A DNA stretch of 64,000 nucleotides. It comes from Escherichia coli (lineage in GTDB: Bacteria; Pseudomonadota; Gammaproteobacteria; Enterobacterales; Enterobacteriaceae). Shown piece after piece: positions 47,641 to 61,739 of the stretch. A model generated the notes under the pieces. That model saw nothing but the letters and a program-made list of their open reading frames with translations, did not search any database and was not told the DNA's origin. Position 1 is the stretch's first letter. Each line of letters begins with the position of its first letter. The translations under genes and the position numbers were made by a program. Location: assembly GCF_003334785.1 (NCBI RefSeq), contig NZ_QOWV01000004.1. The stretch is one strand, 5' to 3'.

Positions 47641-47649
47641 AAAAGACAG

Positions 47650-47680
47650 AAAAAAAGCCCCGATGGTAAAAATCGGGGCT
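47650..47680 (-). terminator. intrinsic terminator of deaD
   Basis: Hairpin agccccgat-ggtaaaa-atcggggct with a T-run on the minus strand, about 40 nt after the deaD stop. Confidence 0.7.
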
Positions 47681-47722
47681 GTATATATTATTTTACAGAT
47701 TGTGTTCGCTGTTCAGCGATGA

Positions 47723-49612
47723 TTACGCATCACCACCGAAACGACGACGACCGGTAGAATCATCACGACGCGGAGCGCGGCCTTCACGACGTTCGCCGCT
47801 AAAACGACGACCATCACCACGGCCACCTTCACGGCGTTCACCGCTGAAGTTACGACCGCCTTCACGACGTTCGCCACCGAAACCACGACCACCGCCACGA
47901 CGCTCACCGCCAGTATGCGGCTGTGCATCGCCCAGTAACTGCATGTTCATCGGCTTGTTGAGAATGCGAGTGCGCGTAAAGTGTTGCAGCACTTCACCCG
48001 GCATACCTTTCGGCAGTTCGATGGTGGAGTGAGAAGCAAACAGCTTGATGTTACCAATGTAACGGCTGCTGATGTCGCCTTCGTTAGCAATCGCACCAAC
48101 GATATGACGAACTTCAACACCATCATCGCGGCCCACTTCAATGCGGTACAGCTGCATATCGCCAACATCACGACGTTCACGACGCGGACGATCTTCACGG
48201 TCACCACGCGGGCCACGGTCGTTACGATCGCGCGGACCACGGTCATCACGGTCACGGAATTCACGTTTCGGACGCATCGGCGCATCTGGCGGTACGATCA
48301 GAGTACGTTCACCCTGTGCCATTTTCAGCAGTGCCGCAGCCAGAGTTTCGAGATCCAGCTCTTCACCTTCAGCAGTCGGCTGAATTTTGCTCAGCAGTGC
48401 GCGGTATTGATCCAGATCGCTGCTTTCCAGCTGCTGCTGTACTTTAGCGGCGAATTTTTCCAGACGGCGTTTGCCTAGCAGTTCTGCGTTCGGCAGTTCT
48501 ACTTCCGGAATAGTCAGCTTCATAGTACGTTCAATGTTGCGCAGCAGACGACGCTCGCGGTTCTCAACGAACAGCAGCGCGCGGCCAGCACGACCCGCAC
48601 GACCGGTACGACCGATACGGTGAACGTAAGACTCAGAATCCATCGGGATATCGTAGTTAACTACCAGGCTGATACGCTCAACGTCCAGGCCACGGGCTGC
48701 AACGTCGGTCGCAATCAGGATGTCCAGACGACCATCTTTCAGGCGTTCCAGTGTCTGTTCACGCAGCGCCTGGTTCATGTCACCGTTCAGCGCGGCGCTG
48801 TTGTAGCCGTTACGCTCAAGAGCTTCAGCCACTTCCAGAGTCGCGTTTTTGGTACGAACGAAGATAATCGCCGCATCAAAATCTTCCGCTTCCAGGAAAC
48901 GTACCAGTGCTTCGTTTTTGCGCATACCCCAGACAGTCCAGTAGCTCTGGCTGATGTCAGGACGGGTAGTCACGCTGGACTGAATGCGCACTTCCTGCGG
49001 CTCTTTCATAAAGCGGCGGGTAATGCGACGAATCGCTTCCGGCATGGTTGCAGAGAACAGAGCGGTCTGATGACCTTCCGGGATCTGCGCCATAATGGTT
49101 TCAACGTCTTCGATGAAGCCCATGCGCAGCATTTCGTCAGCTTCATCCAGAACCAGACCGCTCAGTTTAGAGAGGTCCAGAGTGCCACGTTTCAGGTGGT
49201 CCAGCAGACGGCCCGGAGTACCGACAACGATCTGCGGCCCCTGACGCAGGGCGCGTAATTGCACGTCATAACGCTGGCCGCCGTACAGAGCAACCACATT
49301 TACGCCGCGCATGTGTTTAGAGAAATCCGTCATTGCTTCAGCAACCTGTACCGCCAGTTCGCGGGTCGGTGCCAGCACCAGAATCTGTGGTGCTTTCAGC
49401 TCAGGATCAAGATTCTGCAACAGAGGTAAAGAGAATGCTGCAGTTTTTCCGCTCCCCGTCTGGGCCATACCCAGAACGTCGCGGCCATTCAGCAGATGTG
49501 GAATACACTCTGCCTGAATTGGAGATGGTTTTTCGTAACCCAGATCGTTAAGGGCTTCAAGGATAGGAGCCTTCAGGCCCAGATCTGCAAAAGTGGTTTC
49601 GAATTCAGCCAT
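47723..49612 (-). CDS. deaD: DEAD-box ATP-dependent RNA helicase (CsdA) with Arg/Gly-rich repetitive C-terminus
   Basis: ORF 47723-49678; start refined to [16 protein letters not shown]; helicase motifs AQTGSGKT and DEAD. Confidence 0.9.
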
Positions 49613-49685
49613 GTAGTACGTGTGCCTCAAAATTAATGGCGGCCAGTCTACATAACTCATCATGAAATTGATCAGCAATTTTCAT
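49605..49685 (-). CDS. yrbN: small protein (26 aa) overlapping the deaD start
   Basis: Minus-strand ATG at 49683-49685 gives [26 protein letters not shown], stop TGA overlapping the deaD ATG; below the ORF-track size cut-off. Confidence 0.6.
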
Positions 49686-49791
49686 TGAAAAGTGTGAACC
49701 GGCTCAAAGTAGGTGTATTAACGAACAACAACGCCCTCACCCGTTAAGGTGATGGCAATCAAAAAAGATTACGGGCTGATGTGTACGTCAG

Positions 49792-50676
49792 CTATTGCTG
49801 GTCCGATTCTGCCAGGTCATCTTGGTCCTGGCCCAGGAGCGATAATTCCAACAATGCGTATCGGTGCTCAACAAAGTTATGAACGTTGTTGGCAACCGCC
49901 AGTTTGAACAGTGCCGTGGCGCTGTCCAAATCCCCCAGACTTAGGTAGTACTTACCTAAATAGAAGTTGGTTTCACTGAGATGCTCAGCGAGCGAGGTGT
50001 TATCCGTTGCGTCCGCCTTGAGCCTTTCCATTAACGTTTGTTCGCTAATGTTGCCCAGGTAGAACTCGACAATGTTCCATCCCCACTGTTCCTTATCCGA
50101 TTTTTCGAAGTGCTGTTTCAACACTTCTTTAGCCTGCTTCTCATCGAGCTTCTGCTCGGCGAGATAAAGCCACAGACTACGGAAAGGATCATTGGGATCG
50201 TCTTGATAAAACGCCAGCAGATCATCTTGCGCTAACTTGTCACGACCGCCGTAATATAATGCGATCCCGCGATTCAAGTGCGCGTAGTTGTAAGTTGGAT
50301 CAAGCTCAAGTACAGAATCAAACGCTTCATAGGCAGCATCAAAATTGCCTGCCTGCGTTAAATATATGCCTAAGTAATTGAATACTTCAGGCATATCCGG
50401 TCGGATTGCCAGCGCTTGCGAAAAATCGTTACGCGCTAATGCCCTCAGACCGAGACTATCATACAACACTCCGCGCTCATATAAAAGCTGTGCGCGTTCG
50501 TCATCGGTTAAAGCCCGACTGGCAAGGATTTGTTCCATACGTGCCAGAATCACTTCCTGCTGTAAAGTCGGTTGCAATGGTACCGCGAGGACTTCACTTT
50601 TACGCCAGGAAGTATTACTGCATCCTGCAAGCGTAAGTGCTGTCGCAACGAAACACCAGCGCAAAAAAGGCTTCAT
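49792..50676 (-). CDS. nlpI: TPR-repeat outer-membrane lipoprotein
   Basis: 294-aa ORF with lipobox LTLAGC and TPR repeats. Confidence 0.9.
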
Positions 50677-50784
50677 TTCCCACTCCCGAAGACCACGGTT
50701 GAATGAACGTCCTGTTCCCGGTTGCTAACAAGGCGTCCTGCCCGGTTAAAAGCCCCCCGCCGCAGCGGAGGGCAAATGGCAACC

Positions 50785-52920
50785 TTACTCGCCCTGTTCA
50801 GCAGCCGGAGCTTCCGGTGCTGCAGCAGGTTGAGACTGCTCAGTCGCTTCTTTAATGCTCAGACGGATACGGCCCTGGCGATCAACTTCCAGAACTTTCA
50901 CCGGTACTTCCTGACCCATCTGCAGGTAATCGGTCACTTTCTCAACGCGTTTGTCAGCGATTTGAGAGATGTGGACCAGACCTTCTTTACCGCCGCCGAT
51001 GGCAACAAATGCGCCAAAGTCAACGATACGGGTCACTTTACCAGTGTAGACGCGGCCCACTTCGATTTCTGCAGTGATCTCTTCGATACGACGAATAGCA
51101 TGTTTCGCTTTCTCGCCGTCGGTCGCTGCAATCTTCACAGTACCGTCATCTTCGATTTCGATGGTGGTGCCAGTTTCTTCGGTCAGAGCACGGATTACAG
51201 AACCGCCTTTACCGATAACATCTTTGATCTTGTCCGGGTTGATCTTGATGGTATGGATACGCGGTGCGAACTCAGAGATATCGCCACGCGGCGCGTTGAT
51301 CGCCTGTTCCATTACGCCCAGGATATGCAGACGCGCACCTTTAGCCTGGTTCAGCGCAACCTGCATGATCTCTTTGGTGATACCTTCAATTTTGATATCC
51401 ATCTGCAGTGCAGAGATACCGTCGCGGGAACCTGCAACTTTGAAGTCCATATCGCCCAGGTGATCTTCGTCGCCCAAAATGTCAGACAGTACAACGTAGT
51501 TGTCGCCTTCTTTCACCAGACCCATTGCGATACCCGCAACGGCAGCTTTGATCGGCACACCTGCGTCCATCAGCGCCAGAGACGCGCCGCACACGGAAGC
51601 CATAGAAGAGGAACCGTTGGATTCAGTGATTTCAGACACAACACGTACGGTGTACGGGAATTTGTCCATATCCGGCATGACTGCCAGCACGCCGCGCTTC
51701 GCCAGACGACCGTGACCAATTTCACGACGCTTCGGAGAACCGACCATGCCGGTTTCGCCTACGGAGTACGGAGGGAAGTTGTAGTGGAACAGGAAGGTAT
51801 CGGTACGTTCGCCCATCAGTTCATCAAGAACCTGCGCGTCACGAGCAGTACCCAGCGTTGCGGTAACCAGCGCCTGCGTTTCACCACGGGTGAACAGCGC
51901 AGAACCGTGAGTACGCGGCAGCACGCCAGTACGCACATCCAGACCACGGATCATATCTTTTTCACGACCGTCGATACGCGGTTCGCCTGCCAGTACGCGG
52001 CTACGAACAACGTTTTTCTCGATCGCGTGCAGAATTTCACCCAGTTCGTTTTCGTCCAGGGTTTCGTCTTCAGCAAGCAGCGTCGCGATGGTTTCAGATT
52101 TGATGACATCAACCTGCGCATAACGCTCTTGTTTGTCGGTGATGCGGTAAGCATCGCTCAGGCGAGCTTCAGCCAGTGCAGCAACGCGCGCGTTTAGCGC
52201 TTCGTTTACCGGCTCCGGCTGCCAGTCCCAACGCGGTTTACCGGCTTCTTTCACCAGTTCATTGATGTTCTGAATAACAACCTGCTGTTGTTCATGACCG
52301 AACACTACTGCGCCCAGCATCTGGTCTTCGCTCAGCAGTTGAGCTTCAGATTCAACCATCAGTACAGCGGCTTCAGTACCGGCAACAACCAGATCCAGTT
52401 TGCTCTCTTTCAGCTCGTCCTGAGTCGGGTTCAGTACGTACTGGTCATTGATGTAACCTACGCGGGCAGCACCAATCGGGCCATTGAACGGAATACCAGA
52501 CAGAGACAGCGCTGCGGAAGCACCAATCATCGCGACGATATCCGGGTTAACTTGCGGGTTAACAGAAACCACGGTGGCGATAACCTGAACTTCGTTGACG
52601 AAGCCTTCCGGGAACAGCGGGCGAATCGGGCGGTCAATCAGACGCGCGATCAGGGTTTCGCCTTCGCTTGGGCGGCCTTCACGACGGAAGAAGCTACCCG
52701 GGATACGACCAGCAGCGTAGGTACGCTCCTGATAGTTAACGGTCAGTGGGAAGAAGTCCTGACCTGGTTTGGCTTTTTTCTGGCCAACAACGGTAACGAA
52801 TACCGCGGTGTCATCCATGCTAACCATAACAGCGGCAGTAGCCTGACGAGCCATCATGCCGGTTTCCAGAGTCACGGTGTGTTGGCCGTACTGGAATTTA
52901 CGAACGATCGGATTAAGCAA
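50785..52920 (-). CDS. pnp: polynucleotide phosphorylase
   Basis: ORF 50785-53007; start refined to the TTG before [20 protein letters not shown], giving 711 aa; RNase PH, KH and S1 domains. Confidence 0.92.
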   Translation of the reverse strand: MLNPIVRKFQYGQHTVTLETGMMARQATAAVMVSMDDTAVFVTVVGQKKAKPGQDFFPLTVNYQERTYAAGRIPGSFFRREGRPSEGETLIARLIDRPIRPLFPEGFVNEVQVIATVVSVNPQVNPDIVAMIGASAALSLSGIPFNGPIGAARVGYINDQYVLNPTQDELKESKLDLVVAGTEAAVLMVESEAQLLSEDQMLGAVVFGHEQQQVVIQNINELVKEAGKPRWDWQPEPVNEALNARVAALAEARLSDAYRITDKQERYAQVDVIKSETIATLLAEDETLDENELGEILHAIEKNVVRSRVLAGEPRIDGREKDMIRGLDVRTGVLPRTHGSALFTRGETQALVTATLGTARDAQVLDELMGERTDTFLFHYNFPPYSVGETGMVGSPKRREIGHGRLAKRGVLAVMPDMDKFPYTVRVVSEITESNGSSSMASVCGASLALMDAGVPIKAAVAGIAMGLVKEGDNYVVLSDILGDEDHLGDMDFKVAGSRDGISALQMDIKIEGITKEIMQVALNQAKGARLHILGVMEQAINAPRGDISEFAPRIHTIKINPDKIKDVIGKGGSVIRALTEETGTTIEIEDDGTVKIAATDGEKAKHAIRRIEEITAEIEVGRVYTGKVTRIVDFGAFVAIGGGKEGLVHISQIADKRVEKVTDYLQMGQEVPVKVLEVDRQGRIRLSIKEATEQSQPAAAPEAPAAEQGE

Positions 52921-52992
52921 TGTAATATCCTTTCTCTTTCTTAGACAGTACCTTACGGCACTGGTGTTAATACCCGATCTTCTGCGCATCCT

Positions 52993-53050
52993 CGCGACTA
53001 ATGACAACCCTAACCCAGCTCTATGTGGGTAAAGCCTCTCATTAGCCGCG
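52993..53050 (-). promoter_or_regulatory. long stem-loop in the pnp 5' leader (RNase III autoregulation site)
   Basis: cgcgactaatgacaa...ctcattagccgcg form a long imperfect hairpin between rpsO and pnp. Confidence 0.6.
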
Positions 53051-53122
53051 CGAACCTCTGCAACGGAAGATCATTCATAGCAACAATACATTAGTTTCCA
53101 GTGAATTGCTGCCGTCAGCTTG

Positions 53123-53150
53123 AAAAAAGGGGCCACTCAGGCCCCCTTTT
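53123..53150 (-). terminator. rpsO intrinsic terminator
   Basis: aaaaaaggggcc-actca-ggccccctttt hairpin 17 nt downstream of the rpsO stop, T-runs on both strands. Confidence 0.75.
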
Positions 53151-53166
53151 CTGAAACTCGCAAGAA

Positions 53167-53532
<366 letters not shown>

Positions 53533-53584
53533 TTAAGCGGCAGTATTCTACTCGTAGCGACCTGTTATCGCAAGACGGTTAACA

Positions 53585-54529
53585 TTACGCCGGGTATTCA
53601 ACCACCAGGCGACGAGGCGCAACGCGGCCTTCATCGTCAATTTCGCCCATACCGATAAATTTGCCGTTCTCACCTTCCGTGACGCGAACCAGTCCTTCCA
53701 GTGGCGCACCAGATGTACGAACCGGGTTACCATTTTTGAAGTAAACAGAAGACGTTAACGGAAGATTCACCACCGGATAGTCCGAAGCTGGACTGTCCAT
53801 TGGCATCAGTAATGGATCAAGTAACTCCGCGGCTGGAATATCCTGCTGTTCAGCTTGCTCAACAAGTTCACGCAGGTGCTCCAGGGTCACCATCCGTTCA
53901 ACCGGATATTTACTTACCGCCAGACGGCGCAGGTAAATAACATGCGCGCCACAGCCGAGTTTTTCACCCAGGTCATCAATGATGGTGCGGATATAAGTGC
54001 CTTTTGAGCAGTGAATTTCCAGCTCCAGCTCATTGCCTTCATGGCGAATAAACAGCAATTCATAAACGGTAATCGGACGCGCTTCACGCGGAACTTCAAT
54101 GCCCTGACGCGCATATTCGTACAGTTTTTTGCCCTGATATTTCAGTGCTGAATACATCGAAGGGATCTGTTCGATATCGCCACGGAAAGTATCCAGTGCC
54201 GCTGCCAGCTGCTCTGCGCTAAAGGTTACCGGACGTTCTTCAACGATCTGTCCGTCGGCATCAGAAGTATCGGTACGCTGTCCAAGACGCGCAATGACCC
54301 GATAGCGTTTGTCGGAGTCCAGCAGATACTGGGAAAACTTCGTCGCTTCCCCGAGGCAAATCGGCAACATGCCGGTCGCCAGCGGGTCCAGCGCACCGGT
54401 ATGCCCGGCACGGTTGGCGTTATATATACGTTTCACTTTTTGCAGCGCATCGTTGCTGGACATACCCTGAGGTTTATCCAGCAACAAAACGCCGTTAATG
54501 TCGCGACCGCGACGACGAGGACGACTCAT
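53585..54529 (-). CDS. truB: tRNA pseudouridine(55) synthase
   Basis: 314-aa ORF with catalytic motif [12 protein letters not shown]. Confidence 0.92.
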
Positions 54530-54930
54530 TAGTCCTCCTTGCTGTCGTCCGGGTTAACACGACGTTCTTCGTCATGTTTGACCACGCTGGTCACCAGGTT
54601 TGACATGCGCATCCCTTCAACCAGAGAGTTGTCGTAGAAGAAGGTCAGTTCCGGCACGATACGCAGGCGCATCGCTTTCCCCAGCAGGCTGCGGATGAAA
54701 CCAGAAGCTTCTTGCAACGCTTTGATGCCCGCTTTAACCGCGTCTTCATCTTTGTCGTTGAGGAACGTCACATATACTTTGGCATACGCCAGGTCGCGAG
54801 ACATTTCGACACCGGAAACGGTGGTCATCATGCCCAGGCGAGGATCTTTAATTTCACGCTGCAGGATGAGAGCGATCTCTTTTTGCATTTCCTGCGCTAC
54901 GCGCTGCGGGCGACCAAATTCTTTCGCCAT
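54529..54930 (-). CDS. rbfA: ribosome-binding factor A
   Basis: ORF 54529-54948; start refined to [20 protein letters not shown]. Confidence 0.9.
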
Positions 54931-54944
54931 AATAAATTCTCCTG

Positions 54945-54975
54945 ACAAAAAAGGGGCTGTTAGCCCCTTTTTAAA
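54945..54975 (-). terminator. hairpin attenuator/terminator between infB and rbfA
   Basis: aaaaaaggggctg-ttagcccctttttaaaa, T-run on the minus strand. Confidence 0.55.
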
Positions 54976-55008
54976 ATTAATTTCAGGTGGAAGGGCTGTT
55001 CACGTTGA

Positions 55009-55080
55009 CCTGATAAGACGCGCCAGCGTCACATCAGGCAATCCATGCCGGATGCAGCGTAAACGCCTTATCCCGCATGG
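55009..55080. repeat. REP elements in the infB-rbfA intergenic region
   Basis: cctgataagacgcgccagcgtcacatcaggca and gccggatgcagcgtaaacgccttatcccgcatgg match REP consensus. Confidence 0.65.
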
Positions 55081-55093
55081 AACCCTAAAAACC

Positions 55094-57766
55094 TTAAGCA
55101 ATGGTACGTTGGATCTCGATGATTTCGAATACTTCGATCACATCGCCAGTGCGGACGTCGTTGTAGTTCTTAACGCCGATACCACATTCCATACCGTTAC
55201 GGACTTCGTTAACGTCATCTTTGAAGCGGCGCAGGGACTCCAGCTCGCCTTCGTAGATAACCACGTTGTCACGCAGAACGCGGATCGGGTTGTGACGTTT
55301 AACCACACCTTCGGTAACCATACAGCCTGCGATGGCACCAAATTTCGGCGATTTGAACACGTCACGAACTTCCGCCAGACCGATAATCTGCTGTTTCAGT
55401 TCCGGAGACAGCATACCGCTCATCGCCGCTTTCACTTCGTCAATCAGGTTATAGATGACGGAGTAGTAACGCAGATCCAGGCTTTCCGCTTCAATCACTT
55501 TACGTGCAGAGGCATCAGCACGTACGTTAAAGCCAACCAGGATGGCGTTGGACGCCGCAGCCAGGGTGGCGTCGGTTTCGGTGATACCACCTACGCCAGA
55601 ACCGATGATCTTCACTTTAACTTCGTCAGTAGACAGTTTCAGCAAGGAGTCGGAGATCGCTTCGACAGAACCCTGTACGTCTGCCTTCAGGACGATATTC
55701 ACTTCGTGAACTTCGCCTTCGGTCATGTTGGCGAACATGTTCTCGAGTTTAGATTTCTGCTGACGCGCCAGTTTAACTTCGCGGAATTTACCCTGACGAT
55801 AGAGTGCAACTTCACGCGCTTTCTTCTCGTCACGTACAACGGTAACTTCATCACCCGCAGCCGGTACGCCGGACAGGCCGAGGATTTCCACCGGAATGGA
55901 CGGACCCGCTTCCAGCACTTCCTGACCCAGTTCGTTACGCATCGCACGAACACGACCGTATTCGAAGCCACACAGAACGATATCGCCCTTGTGCAGAGTA
56001 CCTTCACGTACCAGAACGGTAGCAACCGGACCACGACCTTTATCGAGGAAGGATTCGATAACCGCACCGCTCGCCATACCTTTACGTACCGCTTTCAGCT
56101 CCAGAACTTCCGCCTGCAGCAGGATAGCGTCCAGCAGTTCATCGATACCGGTACCCGCTTTCGCAGATACGTGTACGAACTGGCTTTCACCGCCCCACTC
56201 TTCCGGCAGGATGCCGTACTGGGAGAGTTCGTTCTTAACGCGATCCGGATCAGCTTCTGGTTTATCGATCTTGTTCACTGCAACCACCACCGGTACCTGC
56301 GCCGCTTTCGCGTGCTGGATTGCTTCGATGGTCTGCGGCATCACACCGTCGTCGGCAGCAACAACCAGGACTACGATGTCCGTTGCCTGCGCACCACGAG
56401 CACGCATTGAAGTAAACGCGGCGTGCCCCGGGGTGTCCAGGAAGGTGATCATGCCGTTTTCAGTTTCAACGTGGTATGCACCAATGTGCTGGGTAATGCC
56501 GCCCGCTTCGCCAGAGGCCACTTTCGTTGAACGAATGTAGTCCAGCAGAGAGGTTTTACCGTGGTCAACGTGACCCATGATGGTCACAACCGGCGCGCGC
56601 GGTTCAGCCGCAGCACCCGTGTCACGGTCGCTCATTACCGCCTCTTCCAGCTCGTTTTCACGACGCAGGATAACTTTATGGCCCATCTCTTCAGCAACCA
56701 GCTGTGCGGTTTCCTGATCGATAACCTGGTTGATGGTTGCCATTGCGCCCAGTTTCATCATCGCTTTGATGACCTGAGAGCCTTTAACCGCCATCTTGTT
56801 CGCCAGTTCGCCAACGGTGATAGTTTCGCCGATCACAACGTCACGGTTAACGGCCTGAGCAGGCTTCTGGAAGCCTTGCTGCAGCGAAGAACCTTTACGT
56901 TTTCCGCCTTTACCGCCACGTACTGCTGCGCGTGCTTCTTCACGATCAGCTTTTGATTCAGCGTGTTTGTTGCCTTTCTTCGGACGCGCTGCTTTCGCGT
57001 TACGACCACGGCCACGGCCGCCTTCGACTTCACGATCGCTTTCGTCTTCTGCCTGGCGAGCATGTTGAGAAGTAGTGACGTGATAATCGCTGGAATCTTC
57101 AGTCGGTTCCGCGTTATCAGTCCATTTGTTTTCTTCCGCCATACGACGTGCTTCTTCAGCAACGCGACGTGCTTCTTCTTCGAGTTTACGACGCGCTTCT
57201 TCTTCAGCTTTACGCTTGAGCTCTGCAGCTTCCTGCTCACGGCGGGCTTTTTCAGCCTGGGCGTTTTTAGTCATATCGTCTTGTTGATTGCTCACTTTGT
57301 CTTTTTCCGCAGCTTCACGTTTCGCTTGTTCAGCAGCTTCACGCTTAGCTTGTTCTGCGGCCTCACGTTCAGCTTTTTGTTGCGCCTCGCGTTTAGCCGA
57401 TTCTTCTGCCTCACGACGGGCTTGCTCTTCCGCTTCACGCTGCGCTTGCTCTTCCGCTGCAAGGCGTTCAGCCTCTTGCGGATCGCGTTTCACAAAGGTG
57501 CGTTTCTTGCGGACTTCGATTTGTACCGATTTGCTTTTTCCACCGGTACCAGGAATGTTAAGGGTGCTGCGTGTTTTACGTTGCAGCGTCAATTTGTCCG
57601 GGCCTGAATTTTTCTGATTCAGGTGGTCAATCAAAGTCTGTTTCTCTTGTGCAGACACAGAGTCGTCAGCAGACTTCCGGATACCTGCATCAGCAAATTG
57701 CTGTACCAGGCGTTCCACGGAGGTCTGTCGCTCTGCGGCCAGCGTTTTAATCGTTACATCTGTCAT
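55094..57766 (-). CDS. infB: translation initiation factor IF-2
   Basis: 890-aa ORF with Lys/Glu/Ala-rich repetitive N-terminal domain and GTPase motifs GHVDHGKT and DTPGH. Confidence 0.95.
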
Positions 57767-57790
57767 GCTGTTCCTTCCTGCTACAGTTTA

Positions 57791-59278
<1,488 letters not shown>

Positions 59279-59305
59279 CGCGGGCTTTTCACCTCATCCA
59301 GACTA

Positions 59306-59758
59306 TTAAAAGTGGGGAACCAGGTTCGCCTTCTGGATATTACTCAGCGCGAACACTTCATCTTTACCTTCGACGGTAACTGTGATCATTTCACCGTCTA
59401 CCGCTTTGATAACGCCCTGCCATTTACGACGGTTTTGTACCGCCATACGGAGAACCAGAGTCACCTCTTCTCCGACAAAACGGGCGTAGTGTTCAGCCGT
59501 GAACAGTGGGCGATCGAGACCCGGTGAGGAGACTTCCAGGTTATAAGCAACGGTGATGGGATCTTCAACATCCAGCACAGCACTTACCTGGTGGCTCACA
59601 TCAGCACAATCATCAACATTGATGCCATCTTCACTATCAATATAGATGCGCAGTGTGGATGTGCGACCGCGAATAAATTCGATGCCAACCAGTTCAAAAC
59701 CCAGGGCCTCAACTGGCGCAGTAATCATCTCTGTTAATTTTTGCTCTAATGTGGACAA
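59306..59758 (-). CDS. rimP: ribosome maturation factor RimP
   Basis: ORF 59306-59770; likely TTG start giving 150 aa ([28 protein letters not shown]). Confidence 0.88.
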
Positions 59759-59964
59759 GCCCACCCCCAAGACATAAAAAAAGGGCCTAAAGCCCAGTTA
59801 TTCTGTAGTCAGATAACAAAAAACCCCGATAAATCGGGGCTTTATATAACTGAACCCTATAACCGCAACTGCGGTCTGGAGCACTTTCCAGAAGGATTTT
59901 TTCAAATCCCACTACGAAGGCCGAAGTCTTCACAGTATATTTGAAAAAGGACTCTAAGGGAAAG

Positions 59965-60041
<77 letters not shown>

Positions 60042-60301
60042 CCTGAAACGTGGCAAATTCTACTCGTTTTGGGTAAAAAATGCAAATACTGCTGGGATTT
60101 GGTGTACCGAGACGGGACGTAAAATCTGCAGGCATTATAGTGATCCACGCCACATTTTGTCAACGTTTATTGCTAATCATGTGAATGAATATCCAGTTCA
60201 CTTTCATTTGTTGAATACTTTTGCCTTCTCCTGCTCTCCCTTAAGCGCATTATTTTACAAAAAACACACTAAACTCTTCCTGTCTCCGATAAAAGATGAT
60301 T

Positions 60302-60337
60302 AAATGAAAACTCATTTATTTTGCATAAAAATTCAGT
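60302..60337 (+). promoter_or_regulatory. two adjacent ARG boxes (ArgR operator) in the argG promoter
   Basis: aaTGAAAActcATTtAtt and ttTGcATaaaaATTCAgt fit the 18-bp ARG box pattern tnTGAATnnnnATTCAnt, about 50 bp upstream of argG. Confidence 0.6.
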
Positions 60338-60373
60338 GAGAGCGGAAATCCAGGCTCATCATCAGTTAATTAA

Positions 60374-61732
<1,359 letters not shown>

Positions 61733-61739
61733 TTCGACA

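Larger units (their letters stand above)
52990..53150 (+). ncRNA. sraG: possible antisense small RNA in the rpsO-pnp intergenic region (SraG-like)
   Basis: Position only: I recall an sRNA antisense to the pnp leader here; the hairpin at 53123-53150 is bidirectional. Ends are approximate. Confidence 0.25.
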
